Positions 53,083 through 61,737 of a stretch of DNA of 64,000 nucleotides are shown here, one piece after another. Every line of letters starts with the position of its first letter. The first letter of the stretch is position 1. The DNA is from Patescibacteria group bacterium. GTDB lineage: Bacteria > Patescibacteriota > Patescibacteriia > Patescibacteriales > UBA12465. Position numbers and translations under genes: made by a program. Below the pieces are notes generated by a model, which was not told the origin of the DNA, did not search any database, and worked only from the letters and a program-made list of their open reading frames with translations. The DNA is taken from contig JBMNFV010000001.1 in assembly GCA_050949505.1 (NCBI GenBank), positions 350,284 through 414,283 on the forward strand, read 5' to 3'.

Positions 53083-54354
53083 ATGTTTAATAAATTAGAG
53101 CAAATTTGGAAGGCGAGAGATTTGCGTAATAATATTTTGTACGTTTTAGCCTTGCTGGTAGTTTTTCGTTTTGCCGCCCATATTCCGGTGCCAGGAGTTA
53201 ATGCGGTTGCTTTAAAAAGCCTGTTTGCCTCTAATGAAATCTTAGGCCTAATGAATCTTTTTTCGGGTGGAGGCATGAGCAACTTTTCTATTATCATGAT
53301 GGGAGTGGCGCCTTTTATCACCGCTTCAATTATCTTCCAACTGCTGGGAATGATTATTCCTAAAATAGAAGAGATGCAAAAAGAGGAGTCAGGTCAGCAA
53401 AAGATAAACATGTGGACTCGCTGGCTAACAGTGCCGTTAGCAATAGTTCAAGCTTACGGAATGATCACCTTGCTAAGACGAGGCGCCTCAGGGATACTAG
53501 GAGAAACCAGTCCCTTTGATATGTTAGTTATTCTACTAACCATTACCGCGGGAACAGTATTTTTAATGTGGCTAGGAGAGTTAATTTCTGAAAAGAAAGT
53601 TGGTAATGGTATTTCTTTATTGATTTTTGCGGGAATTATTTCCGGAGTCTTAGATAGTATTAGGAATCTGATTTTTACCTTTGACTCCTCACAACTATTT
53701 ACCTTAATAGGCTTTGTAGCCATTGCACTAGTGACCATTGTCGGGGTGGTAATTATCAACGAGGGACAGCGTAATATTCCAGTGCAATATGCTAGACAGG
53801 TAAGAGGGAACCGCACCTTTGGTGGCTCTAGTACTCATTTACCAATTAGGGTGAATATGGCGGGAGTGATTCCTATTATTTTTGCTATTTCCGTCGTCTT
53901 GTTCCCCTCCATGATTGCTCAATTCCTTATTCATGCTAAAAGTGTCTGGCTAGTTAATCTGGCTAACTGGACGATTAGAATGTTTAACAATCAACTATTT
54001 TACGGAATCACCTACTTTATCATGGTCTTTGCCTTTACCTTTTTCTACACTGAAGTGGTTTTTCATCCCAAGCGAATTGCTGAGAATCTTCAAAAGCAAG
54101 GAGGCTTTATCCCCGGCATTAGACCAGGGAAGGCGACTAGTGATTATCTAACAGCTACTTCTCGTAAAATTGTCTTAACCGGAGCGCTCTTCTTAGGTCT
54201 GATTGCGGTTTTACCCTTAATCGTGAGATACTTCACTGGCGTGAGTGCCTTCACCATTGGCGGAACTAGCCTACTAATCGTTGTTTCTGTGGTAATTGAA
54301 ACAGTTAAGCAGATAGAAGCTCAGCTAACTATGCGAGAGTACGACGGCCTGTAA
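53083..54354 (+). CDS. secY: preprotein translocase subunit SecY
   Basis: Ten hydrophobic segments; FSGGGMSNFSIIMMGVAPFITASII and GGFIPGIRPGKAT motifs. Confidence 0.95.
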   Translation: MFNKLEQIWKARDLRNNILYVLALLVVFRFAAHIPVPGVNAVALKSLFASNEILGLMNLFSGGGMSNFSIIMMGVAPFITASIIFQLLGMIIPKIEEMQKEESGQQKINMWTRWLTVPLAIVQAYGMITLLRRGASGILGETSPFDMLVILLTITAGTVFLMWLGELISEKKVGNGISLLIFAGIISGVLDSIRNLIFTFDSSQLFTLIGFVAIALVTIVGVVIINEGQRNIPVQYARQVRGNRTFGGSSTHLPIRVNMAGVIPIIFAISVVLFPSMIAQFLIHAKSVWLVNLANWTIRMFNNQLFYGITYFIMVFAFTFFYTEVVFHPKRIAENLQKQGGFIPGIRPGKATSDYLTATSRKIVLTGALFLGLIAVLPLIVRYFTGVSAFTIGGTSLLIVVSVVIETVKQIEAQLTMREYDGL

Positions 54355-54377
54355 GCAAGAGATTGATAGAATATTTG

Positions 54378-54407
54378 AAAAGACCAGCTGTTTAGCGGTC
54401 TTTTTTT
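54378..54407 (+). terminator. intrinsic terminator after secY
   Basis: Stem AAAAGACC (54378-54385) / GGTCTTTT (54397-54404) with an inner GCT/AGC pairing, T-run to 54407. Confidence 0.75.
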
Positions 54408-54408
54408 A

Positions 54409-54417
54409 TGGTATAAT
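54409..54417 (+). promoter_or_regulatory. extended -10 promoter element
   Basis: TGgTATAAT (TG 54409-54410, TATAAT 54412-54417) immediately after the secY terminator, 29 nt upstream of ATG 54446. Confidence 0.5.
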
Positions 54418-54445
54418 AAAAGTATTAATAATTAAATTAAGAGTT

Positions 54446-54742
54446 ATGACTAGTCGATTCATTGATCGTAATATTAAAAAGGGAAGCAAGCGTAAATTAA
54501 GCAGAAAGATTGATAAGATGTTGGTAAAGGAACCGCAGTTTAAGAACTTGCGAGATAACAAGGAGATAACACTTAAGACCCTAGATAAATACCGACGTCG
54601 TCTGAAGCGGGGTAAGCCGGTTAGTTCCTTGATGGTTAAGCGAGAAATGATTAAGTTGCGACGTAATCGTCGGGACTTAGATTTAAGCAAGAGTGACCTT
54701 AAGGACCTTAAGACTTTAGTTTCTTCCATGAAGAACAAATAG
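54446..54742 (+). CDS. hypothetical highly basic protein (98 aa)
   Basis: 34 of 98 residues are K/R by direct count, versus 11 D/E. It has its own extended -10 element, and its stop lies 2 nt before the map ATG. It occupies the slot where adk usually sits. Confidence 0.55.
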   Translation: MTSRFIDRNIKKGSKRKLSRKIDKMLVKEPQFKNLRDNKEITLKTLDKYRRRLKRGKPVSSLMVKREMIKLRRNRRDLDLSKSDLKDLKTLVSSMKNK

Positions 54743-54744
54743 AT

Positions 54745-55578
54745 ATGATTTATTACAAAAGTAAAGATGAAATTAGAATTTTAAGAGAGGGCGGTCGGCG
54801 CTTAGCACTAATTTTAAAAGAATTAGCTCTCATGGTTAAGCCAGGCCTAGAAACCGCTGAACTAGAGAAGGTCGCCGAACAGTTGATTTTAGCAGCTGGA
54901 GGGCGGCCCGCCTTTAAGAATTATCCCATGGGTGGAGGAATACTATTTCCTTCAGTTTTATGCATCTCCATTAATGATGAAGTGGTGCATGGTAGCTCTT
55001 TACCAAGTCGGACACTAGGAGAAGGTGACATTGTAGATATTGATATTGGTATGGAGTGGCCAATAACAGCGGAGTTAAGAGAGGAGTATCAGGCGCCAGT
55101 TAATCAACACTCAAGCTTAGGCGGCTATTACACCGACACTTGCCTAACTGTTCCAGTGGGCAAAGTGAGCGCTGAGGCTCAACAATTAATTCAGGTCACT
55201 AAAGAGTGCCTAGCTAGGGGCCTGAAGGTAATTAAGCCAGGCAAGACTATTAATGACATTGCCCGAGCGATAGAGCGCTTAGCTAAGAAGCATAACTACG
55301 GTATAGTCCGAGATTTGGTTGGTCACGGAGTGGGCTACTTTGCTCATGAGGCTCCGGATGTCTTTAATTACACTATCAATCCACGCTTAGAAGAAAATGT
55401 AATCCTTAAACCAGGGATGGTGATCGCCGTTGAGCCAATGCTAAATCTTGGTGATTGGCAGATCAAAGTAGCTGATAATGACTACACTATCTTAACTGCT
55501 GATGGCTCTTTAAGTGCCCACTTTGAACATACCATTGCCATAACGGAAACTGGTTATGAGATATTAACTAAAGCCTAG
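54745..55578 (+). CDS. map: type I methionine aminopeptidase
   Basis: GDIVDIDIG, YTDTC, GHGVG, VIAVEP, FEHTIAIT metal-ligand contexts. There is an extra ~20-aa insert between the two Asp ligands. Confidence 0.9.
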   Translation: MIYYKSKDEIRILREGGRRLALILKELALMVKPGLETAELEKVAEQLILAAGGRPAFKNYPMGGGILFPSVLCISINDEVVHGSSLPSRTLGEGDIVDIDIGMEWPITAELREEYQAPVNQHSSLGGYYTDTCLTVPVGKVSAEAQQLIQVTKECLARGLKVIKPGKTINDIARAIERLAKKHNYGIVRDLVGHGVGYFAHEAPDVFNYTINPRLEENVILKPGMVIAVEPMLNLGDWQIKVADNDYTILTADGSLSAHFEHTIAITETGYEILTKA

Positions 55579-55583
55579 GGTTT

Positions 55584-55958
55584 ATGAAGAAATATTTAGG
55601 GGTAGACTGGGGAGAGAAACGTATTGGTTTAGCCATCGCTAACAGTGAGCTAAAAATGGCCCTGCCTTTTAAAACGATTAGCTCTTTAGCAGAGCTGCTA
55701 ACGTTGATAGAAACAGAGGAAATTGATGAGCTAATTTTAGGGCAGCCAATTAAGTTAAGTGGTCAAGCGGCTGATAATCCCCAGTGGTTAGAATTTGTTA
55801 AAAAATTAAACCAGCTATCTCAAGTGAAAGTTAGACTAGTGGATGAGCGTTTGAGTAGTTTGGCCGCGGATGCCTTGTTTTCTGGCCTAAAGGAGCAAGC
55901 CCCGCGAGATGAAACTGCAGCAATGATCATTTTACAAAACTATTTAGATGCCAATTAG
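55584..55958 (+). CDS. ruvX: YqgF/RuvX-family putative pre-16S rRNA nuclease / Holliday junction resolvase-like protein
   Basis: LGVDWGEKRIGLAIAN N-terminus, VDERLSS, AAMIILQNYL. Confidence 0.85.
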   Translation: MKKYLGVDWGEKRIGLAIANSELKMALPFKTISSLAELLTLIETEEIDELILGQPIKLSGQAADNPQWLEFVKKLNQLSQVKVRLVDERLSSLAADALFSGLKEQAPRDETAAMIILQNYLDAN

Positions 55959-55963
55959 TTAAT

Positions 55964-56707
55964 ATGGCGACTGAAACTAAAAATTCCCTAGCAATCATTT
56001 TAAGTCGGGCTGACTACCGAGAGAACGATTCTTGGTTAGAAGTGTATAGTGAGGAGTTTGGCAAGCTTCAATTAGTGGCGAGAGGAGCCAAGAAGATTAG
56101 CTCTAAGTTAAGTGGACACTTAGAGCCTTTTAATTTAGTTAAACTGCTGATCATTAAGGGGCGCTACCGAGACTATGTAGGCAGCGCTTTAACTACAGAT
56201 AGTTTTCTGTCAATTAAGTCTGATTTGAATAAAATATTTTATGCCGGAGCGGGCCTTAGGTTAATTAAGCGCTTAATTAAAGACGGCGAAGCTGATCAGC
56301 AAATCTTTGCCTTGCTGCTTAACTACCTACAGTTAATTGACCAGAGCCAAACTGAGACCATGAGTCAAGCGCTAGGAGACTTAAGTCAAGGTTATTTCAC
56401 CCTAAGACTCTTAAGCTATTTAGGTTATCAGCCTGAACTTCAGCACTGTCTCACTTGTCAGCAAGTTGTGCCGGCTAATAATAACTACTTCTCTCTAGCA
56501 GCAGGAGGATTAATTTGTGGCACCTGTCAAAGAGCCGGGAGTCCGGAGCCTCCCGGGCAATTGATTAAAGTATCTAATAATTGTATTAAATTAATGAGAT
56601 TGTTTTTAACTGAAGATGAGACAATCTTAAAAAACCTAAAAGTGACTCCTAGCTATAGCAAAGAATTGCTAAGTTTAGCTAATAATTTTATTAATTTTCA
56701 TTTTTAA
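55964..56707 (+). CDS. recO: DNA repair protein RecO
   Basis: N-terminal OB fold (AIILSRADYRENDSWLEVYSEEFGKLQLVARGAKK) and a CLTCQ...CGTCQ zinc finger. Confidence 0.85.
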   Translation: MATETKNSLAIILSRADYRENDSWLEVYSEEFGKLQLVARGAKKISSKLSGHLEPFNLVKLLIIKGRYRDYVGSALTTDSFLSIKSDLNKIFYAGAGLRLIKRLIKDGEADQQIFALLLNYLQLIDQSQTETMSQALGDLSQGYFTLRLLSYLGYQPELQHCLTCQQVVPANNNYFSLAAGGLICGTCQRAGSPEPPGQLIKVSNNCIKLMRLFLTEDETILKNLKVTPSYSKELLSLANNFINFHF

Positions 56708-56733
56708 ATTAGTAAAATTAGGGATTTTTTTCC

Positions 56734-56762
56734 TTGCTAAAAAAGAGATAATCAGGTAGAAT
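56734..56762 (+). promoter_or_regulatory. sigma70-type promoter for aspS
   Basis: TTGCTA (56734-56739), 17-nt spacer, TAGAAT (56757-56762). Confidence 0.55.
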
Positions 56763-56788
56763 TAAGTTATTAAAATAATTTTTTAATT

Positions 56789-56826
56789 AAGCATAGCAGT
56801 CTTTAGACTGAAAATGCTTTGTTTTC
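56789..56826 (+). promoter_or_regulatory. aspS leader hairpin plus U-rich tract
   Basis: Outer stem AAGCAT (56789-56794) / ATGCTT (56814-56819), inner stem CAGTC (56797-56801) / GACTG (56806-56810) with loop TTTA. Followed by TTTGTTTTCTT, with ATG 56833 close behind. Confidence 0.4.
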
Positions 56827-56832
56827 TTGCCT

Positions 56833-58626
56833 ATGTTACGAACTCACACTTGTGGAGAATTAACCACTAAACAGCTTAATGAAGAAGTGAAGCTGAGTGG
56901 TTGGATTAATAGTTTTCGCAATCTTGGCGGACTAATTTTTATTGACCTTAGAGATCGTTATGGCCTCACTCAGGTAAAAATAGACCCCCAAACTCAAAAA
57001 GACTTAGCCGCTCAAGCCTCCGCACTACATGCTGAGTGGGTGATTCAGGTTAAAGGAGTGGTGCAAGCCCGACCTCAGGAAATGGTTAATGACAAGATGA
57101 ATACCGGGGCAATTGAAATTGCCGCCTCAGAGCTAAAAGTTTTAAGTGAGGCGCAGTTGTTGCCGTTTGAAATTATTGACGAGAAAGTGGGGGAGGCCAA
57201 TGAGGCCTTACGTCTAAAATATCGTTTCTTAGATTTACGTCGACCAAAGTTACAGAAAATGTTGGCTGACAAAGATCGCTTTATCACTTATCTAAGAAAC
57301 TATTTTCATCAGCAAGGGTTTATAGAAGTACAAACCCCTATTTTAGCTAACTCTTCACCAGAGGGAGCCAGAGATTTTCTAGTTCCGGCTAGGTTGCAGC
57401 CAGGAAAGTTTTATGCCCTCCCTCAAGCGCCACAGCAGTTCAAGCAATTATTAATGGTCGGAGGCTTGGATAAATATTTTCAAATTGCTCCTTGTTTCCG
57501 AGATGAAGACCCTCGTATGGATAGGCATTATGGAGAGTTCTATCAGCTAGATATGGAGATGAGCTTTGTTGAGCAAGAAGATATTTTCTTGCTGATGGAG
57601 CCCTTGATGAAGGAGCTAGTTGCTGAGTTTAGTCAAAAAAGGAATAGTAATCTGTTAGATAATGGTCGCTTTAGACAAATTTCCTGGCGAGAAGCTTTGG
57701 ACAGGTATGGAACGGATAAGCCAGACCTACGCTACGAGCTAGAGCTGCAAGATTTAAGTGACTTAGTTAAAGATTGGGAATTTAAGGTATTTTCAAAGAC
57801 AGTTAGTCAGGGAGGAGTAGTGAAGGCAATTAGAGTGCCAGGGGGAGCAAAGTTTTCCCGCAAAGAGCTTGATGAGTTAACGGAACTAGCTAAACAAAAG
57901 GGAGCAGCGGGCCTAGCCTATTTAGCACTAAAAGACCCAGAACCAACTGGGCCGCTAGCCAAGTTTCTAGATGAACAACAAGTAGTGGAGCTAAAAACTA
58001 CTTTAGGCGCAGAGACTGGTGACCTGTTGCTATTTGTTGCTGAGTCGTGGCGCTTAGCTTGCACCGTCTTAGGAGCGATTAGAGTTGAGCTGGCAACTAG
58101 ACTAGGTTTAAGAGATAATTCCTTAGCTGCTTGGGCCTGGATAGTTGATTTCCCGATGTATGACTATTCAGAATTAGAGACGGACAAGATAGATTTTGCG
58201 CACAACCCTTTTTCTATGCCTCAGGGAGGAGCAGAGGCCTTAGCCCAGCAAGACCCCTTAGAGATTTTAGCCTATCAATTTGATTTAGTCTTAAATGGCT
58301 TTGAAGTTTCTAGTGGAGCGATTCGCAACCATGATCCAAAAATTATGTATCAAGCCTTTGCGATAGCGGGCTATAGTCAAAGAGAGGTAGATAGTCAATT
58401 TGGAGCAATGATCAAGGCTTTCTCTTATGGCGCTCCGCCACATGGAGGCAATGCTCCGGGACTAGATCGCTTGCTAATGGTGCTAAATGACTGGGACTCC
58501 ATTAGGGACATTTATGCTTTCCCTAAGGATGGCCAAGGACGAGACCTAATGACCGGTGCGCCGAGTTTAGTAAAAGACAGTCAGGTAGCGGAACTAGGGA
58601 TTAAGGTTAATAAGCTGGATAAGTAA
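56833..58626 (+). CDS. aspS: aspartate--tRNA ligase (bacterial type with GAD insertion)
   Basis: MLRTHTCGELT, FRDEDPRMDRHYGEFYQLDMEMSF (motif 2), GNAPGLDRLLM (motif 3). ATG 56833 preferred over TTG 56827. Confidence 0.93.
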   Translation: MLRTHTCGELTTKQLNEEVKLSGWINSFRNLGGLIFIDLRDRYGLTQVKIDPQTQKDLAAQASALHAEWVIQVKGVVQARPQEMVNDKMNTGAIEIAASELKVLSEAQLLPFEIIDEKVGEANEALRLKYRFLDLRRPKLQKMLADKDRFITYLRNYFHQQGFIEVQTPILANSSPEGARDFLVPARLQPGKFYALPQAPQQFKQLLMVGGLDKYFQIAPCFRDEDPRMDRHYGEFYQLDMEMSFVEQEDIFLLMEPLMKELVAEFSQKRNSNLLDNGRFRQISWREALDRYGTDKPDLRYELELQDLSDLVKDWEFKVFSKTVSQGGVVKAIRVPGGAKFSRKELDELTELAKQKGAAGLAYLALKDPEPTGPLAKFLDEQQVVELKTTLGAETGDLLLFVAESWRLACTVLGAIRVELATRLGLRDNSLAAWAWIVDFPMYDYSELETDKIDFAHNPFSMPQGGAEALAQQDPLEILAYQFDLVLNGFEVSSGAIRNHDPKIMYQAFAIAGYSQREVDSQFGAMIKAFSYGAPPHGGNAPGLDRLLMVLNDWDSIRDIYAFPKDGQGRDLMTGAPSLVKDSQVAELGIKVNKLDK

Positions 58627-58642
58627 TTAAATAAAAAATGAT

Positions 58643-59542
58643 ATGAATAATTCTCATCAAGCCAAATATGCTTTCTATTATCTACTGTCTTTAGTCGCTT
58701 TAATATTTACCGCCATTGCGGTTGGATTAGTGGCTTTTACTATCATAGATCGCACCATGGTTGATGCTCTGCAATCTTATGGCCCTAGTGATAGCGGTCT
58801 AAGGTTTGCTATTTCTGCCCTATTAATTGCTACCCCAATTTTTTATATTACTACTAATTTAATTAATCGGGGCCTTAATAAAGGGGAATTGGCCCCCAAC
58901 TCAGGACTAAGGCGCTGGTTAACTTATTTTATTATTCTAGTCTCCTCACTGATTATTTTAGGAACTTTAGTGGGGGTTATTAATAATTTTTTAGCCGGAG
59001 AGCTAACGGGACGCTTTATTCTCAAATCCTTAGCGGTTCTCTTAATCTCTGGACTAAGTTTTTCTTACTATATTCTAGACCTTCGTGAGCAATCTTCGCC
59101 AAGCTTTAAGTTATTATTTCTTATCGTTTCTTTATTAGTAGTTTCCTCAGCTTTTATTAGCACCTGGTTTTTTATTGAATCTCCACAAGAGGCCCGAGCT
59201 CGCCGCTTAGATGGGTTAGTAGAGAGAAATATCAGGTCCCTGGAGAGTGTTATTAATACCTATTACAGCGAGCAAGGACAATTGCCAAATTCTCTTGAGG
59301 AACTAATAGAGAAACAGTACCTAAGTGCCAATTCTCTTTGGCTAACTAATCCAGAAACGGAAGAGGCGCTGGTCTATCAGCTGATAACGGAAGAAGAATA
59401 CGAGCTATGTGCCACCTTTAAAACTAGCAATCTAGAAGAAACTCCAACTTATTATTACTCAGATCAAAAAAGACATGGCCAGGGCTATGTTTGTTTGCCA
59501 GGAGAATTATGGAGTATTAAGGAGCCAGTCTTAGTGAAATAG
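58643..59542 (+). CDS. membrane protein: polytopic N-terminal domain (DUF5671-like) fused to a pilin-like C-terminal globular domain
   Basis: Four to five TM helices, then ARARRLDGLVERNIRSLESVINTYYSEQGQLPNSLEEL...YELCATF. This is the pattern of pilin-type globular domains, but without a prepilin cleavage motif. Confidence 0.5.
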   Translation: MNNSHQAKYAFYYLLSLVALIFTAIAVGLVAFTIIDRTMVDALQSYGPSDSGLRFAISALLIATPIFYITTNLINRGLNKGELAPNSGLRRWLTYFIILVSSLIILGTLVGVINNFLAGELTGRFILKSLAVLLISGLSFSYYILDLREQSSPSFKLLFLIVSLLVVSSAFISTWFFIESPQEARARRLDGLVERNIRSLESVINTYYSEQGQLPNSLEELIEKQYLSANSLWLTNPETEEALVYQLITEEEYELCATFKTSNLEETPTYYYSDQKRHGQGYVCLPGELWSIKEPVLVK

Positions 59543-59548
59543 TAGTTT

Positions 59549-60265
59549 ATGTTTACCTTGACCACTGAAAAATTCTCTGGACCACTAGGATTATTATTGG
59601 AGCTAATAGAGAAAGAGGAGATGGATATTACCGAAATCTCTTTAGCTAAAATAGCCGATGAGTATGTCGCTCTAGTTAAACAGTCTCCGGAAATAGAGCC
59701 AGATGAGATAGCTGACTTCTTGTTAATTGCCGCCCGGTTATTGTTAATTAAGTCTCGAGCCCTGCTACCATACTTGATAACCGATGAGGAGGAAGAAGAA
59801 ATAGATGACTTAAGGAAGCAGTTAAAGCTATACCGAGAATTTGCTCTAGCGAGCCAAGCTATTCGTCAGCGCTTGTTAGCTAATAATTTTTCCTATCTCC
59901 CCCCACTTAGTGGCCAACGGTCTTTACAGGTAGCGCTCCCTAATTTCACGGTTCCGCTAGAAGTTAATCCTCTAGTTCTCAAAGAAGCATTTTTAAAACT
60001 ATTGTCAGAATTAGCCAGTCGTCAAGAAGATCGTTTAGCGGAGACTAAGTTAGAGCCAAAAGTGAGTATTGAGGAGCGAATTACTTATATCAAAAGCCTG
60101 TTAGGTCGTAAAGTTAAGTTTAATTTCTCTAAAATAATTGCTCAAGCTCAGAGCAAAACGGAATTAATTGTTAGCTTTTTAGCAGTCCTAGAATTAGCTA
60201 AACAAAAAGAATTAAACTTTGAGCAAACTGAGCTATTTGGAGAGATAGAAATAAGGACTCATTAG
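59549..60265 (+). CDS. scpA: segregation and condensation protein A
   Basis: FSGPLGLLLELIEKEEMDITEISLAKIADEY N-terminus and ELIVSFLAVLELAKQKEL C-terminus are typical of ScpA kleisin. Confidence 0.88.
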   Translation: MFTLTTEKFSGPLGLLLELIEKEEMDITEISLAKIADEYVALVKQSPEIEPDEIADFLLIAARLLLIKSRALLPYLITDEEEEEIDDLRKQLKLYREFALASQAIRQRLLANNFSYLPPLSGQRSLQVALPNFTVPLEVNPLVLKEAFLKLLSELASRQEDRLAETKLEPKVSIEERITYIKSLLGRKVKFNFSKIIAQAQSKTELIVSFLAVLELAKQKELNFEQTELFGEIEIRTH

Positions 60266-60276
60266 AAAAATTATTT

Positions 60277-60840
60277 ATGTCTTTAAAATCACAACTAGAA
60301 TCATTATTATTCGTCGCCATTAAGCCCTTGTCAATTCGGGAGCTTAGCAATTTAACTAAGACTGATCGGGCGCAAGTAGAGAGCGCGTTAAAAGACCTAG
60401 GAGAGGACTACCAGTCATCAGCTAGGGGATTGAAGTTGATCGAAAATAATCAACAGTACCAATTAACTACCGCTCCGGCTAATGCGGAAATCGTTAAGAA
60501 CTTTTTGCAAGACGAGACCAGTGGCGAACTGTCTCAGCCCAGCCTAGAAGCCCTAACTATTATTTCCTACCGAGGTCCGATTACAAAATTAGAATTAGAG
60601 GAAATTAGAGGAGTTAATTGTAGTTTAATTATCCGCAACCTATTGCTCCGAGGTCTAATAGAAGAGAAGCCAGGGAGCGGTGGTGAGGCGAGTGTCTATA
60701 CCGTTAGTCATGAGTTTGTGAGATTCTTGGGAATAAATAATTTAAGTGAGCTACCAGATTATCAGAAATTACGCAATTTAGAAATAGAACAGGAAGTCTC
60801 CCCTACTCAGACCGAGGAGTCAGTTGATGCTAATAACTAG
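60277..60840 (+). CDS. scpB: segregation and condensation protein B
   Basis: LESLLFVAIKPLSIREL, SQPSLEALTIISYRGPITKLELEEIRGV (tandem winged-helix domains). Confidence 0.88.
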   Translation: MSLKSQLESLLFVAIKPLSIRELSNLTKTDRAQVESALKDLGEDYQSSARGLKLIENNQQYQLTTAPANAEIVKNFLQDETSGELSQPSLEALTIISYRGPITKLELEEIRGVNCSLIIRNLLLRGLIEEKPGSGGEASVYTVSHEFVRFLGINNLSELPDYQKLRNLEIEQEVSPTQTEESVDANN

Positions 60841-60845
60841 GAGCT

Positions 60846-61727
60846 ATGATAGCAGTGATGTTAAAGATAATTTTAGGCCTGTCCTGGTGGTTTGCTCAAG
60901 GGAGCACTCCTTTAGCGGGAGAAGTGCTTGATTTGAGAGGAACAACGATTAAGCCAATAACGTTTATAGCTGGCGAATTGCCCGAGCTAAAGAGTGATAA
61001 GGCCTTAGTGGCCAGCATAGATGGTCGCACAGTTTTTTACCAATCCCAGGCGACTAGTCCGCAAGCTATTGCTAGCTTAAGCAAACTAATGACCGCCTTA
61101 GTATTTTTAGACCATAATCCAGGTTGGGAGACTAGTTATGTTATGCGAGCTGAGGATAATGTGGCTGGGGGTAAGTTGAACTTGTTTTTAGGGGAAGAAG
61201 TCTTAATCAAGGACCTATTAGCTACCAGTTTAATTGCCTCAGATAATGGCGCCACGATGGCCTTAGTGCAGGCCAGTGGTTTAACCGTAGAAGAGTTTGT
61301 CGCAGCGATGAATCAGCGCGCCCAGGAACTGGGCTTAGTACACACTAATTTTGCTGACCCCACTGGTCTAAGTCCAGAAAATGTTTCTACAGCTACCGAA
61401 TTACTTAAATTAGCCAAAGAACTGTTTGTTAAAGAGGAAGTAGCTAGGCTGCTTAATCAGCCAGAGTATCAATTTACCACCCTTAATGGTCGGGCTAAGT
61501 CAATTAGCTCTACCAATCACCTGCTCTTTGATTCTGAAGAGTTAAGCTTTGCTCAGTTGGGAGCTAAGACGGGCTATATAGATGAAGCAGGCTATTGTTT
61601 CTTGGGTTGGTTCACTAATGAGGCGGGGCAGCAATTAGCGGTAGTTATTTTAAATAGTGAAGGCGCTAATCAACGTTTTCAAGAGGCCAAACGTTTAGCA
61701 ACTTGGGTTTATCAAGGACTTAAATAG
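60846..61727 (+). CDS. D-alanyl-D-alanine carboxypeptidase (S11 penicillin-binding protein)
   Basis: SxxK (ASLSKLMT), SxN (ASDNGA) and KTG (GAKTGY) active-site motifs in the correct order. Confidence 0.85.
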   Translation: MIAVMLKIILGLSWWFAQGSTPLAGEVLDLRGTTIKPITFIAGELPELKSDKALVASIDGRTVFYQSQATSPQAIASLSKLMTALVFLDHNPGWETSYVMRAEDNVAGGKLNLFLGEEVLIKDLLATSLIASDNGATMALVQASGLTVEEFVAAMNQRAQELGLVHTNFADPTGLSPENVSTATELLKLAKELFVKEEVARLLNQPEYQFTTLNGRAKSISSTNHLLFDSEELSFAQLGAKTGYIDEAGYCFLGWFTNEAGQQLAVVILNSEGANQRFQEAKRLATWVYQGLK

Positions 61728-61737
61728 AATTTAATTT

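Noticed and set aside
54406-54738. 110-aa minus-strand ORF mirroring the basic 98-aa plus-strand ORF.
   Set aside because: The plus-strand frame has an upstream extended -10 element, follows the secY terminator, and is stop-start coupled to map. The minus-strand frame would run against the operon with no signals. The strand choice remains unproven and is flagged in the findings.
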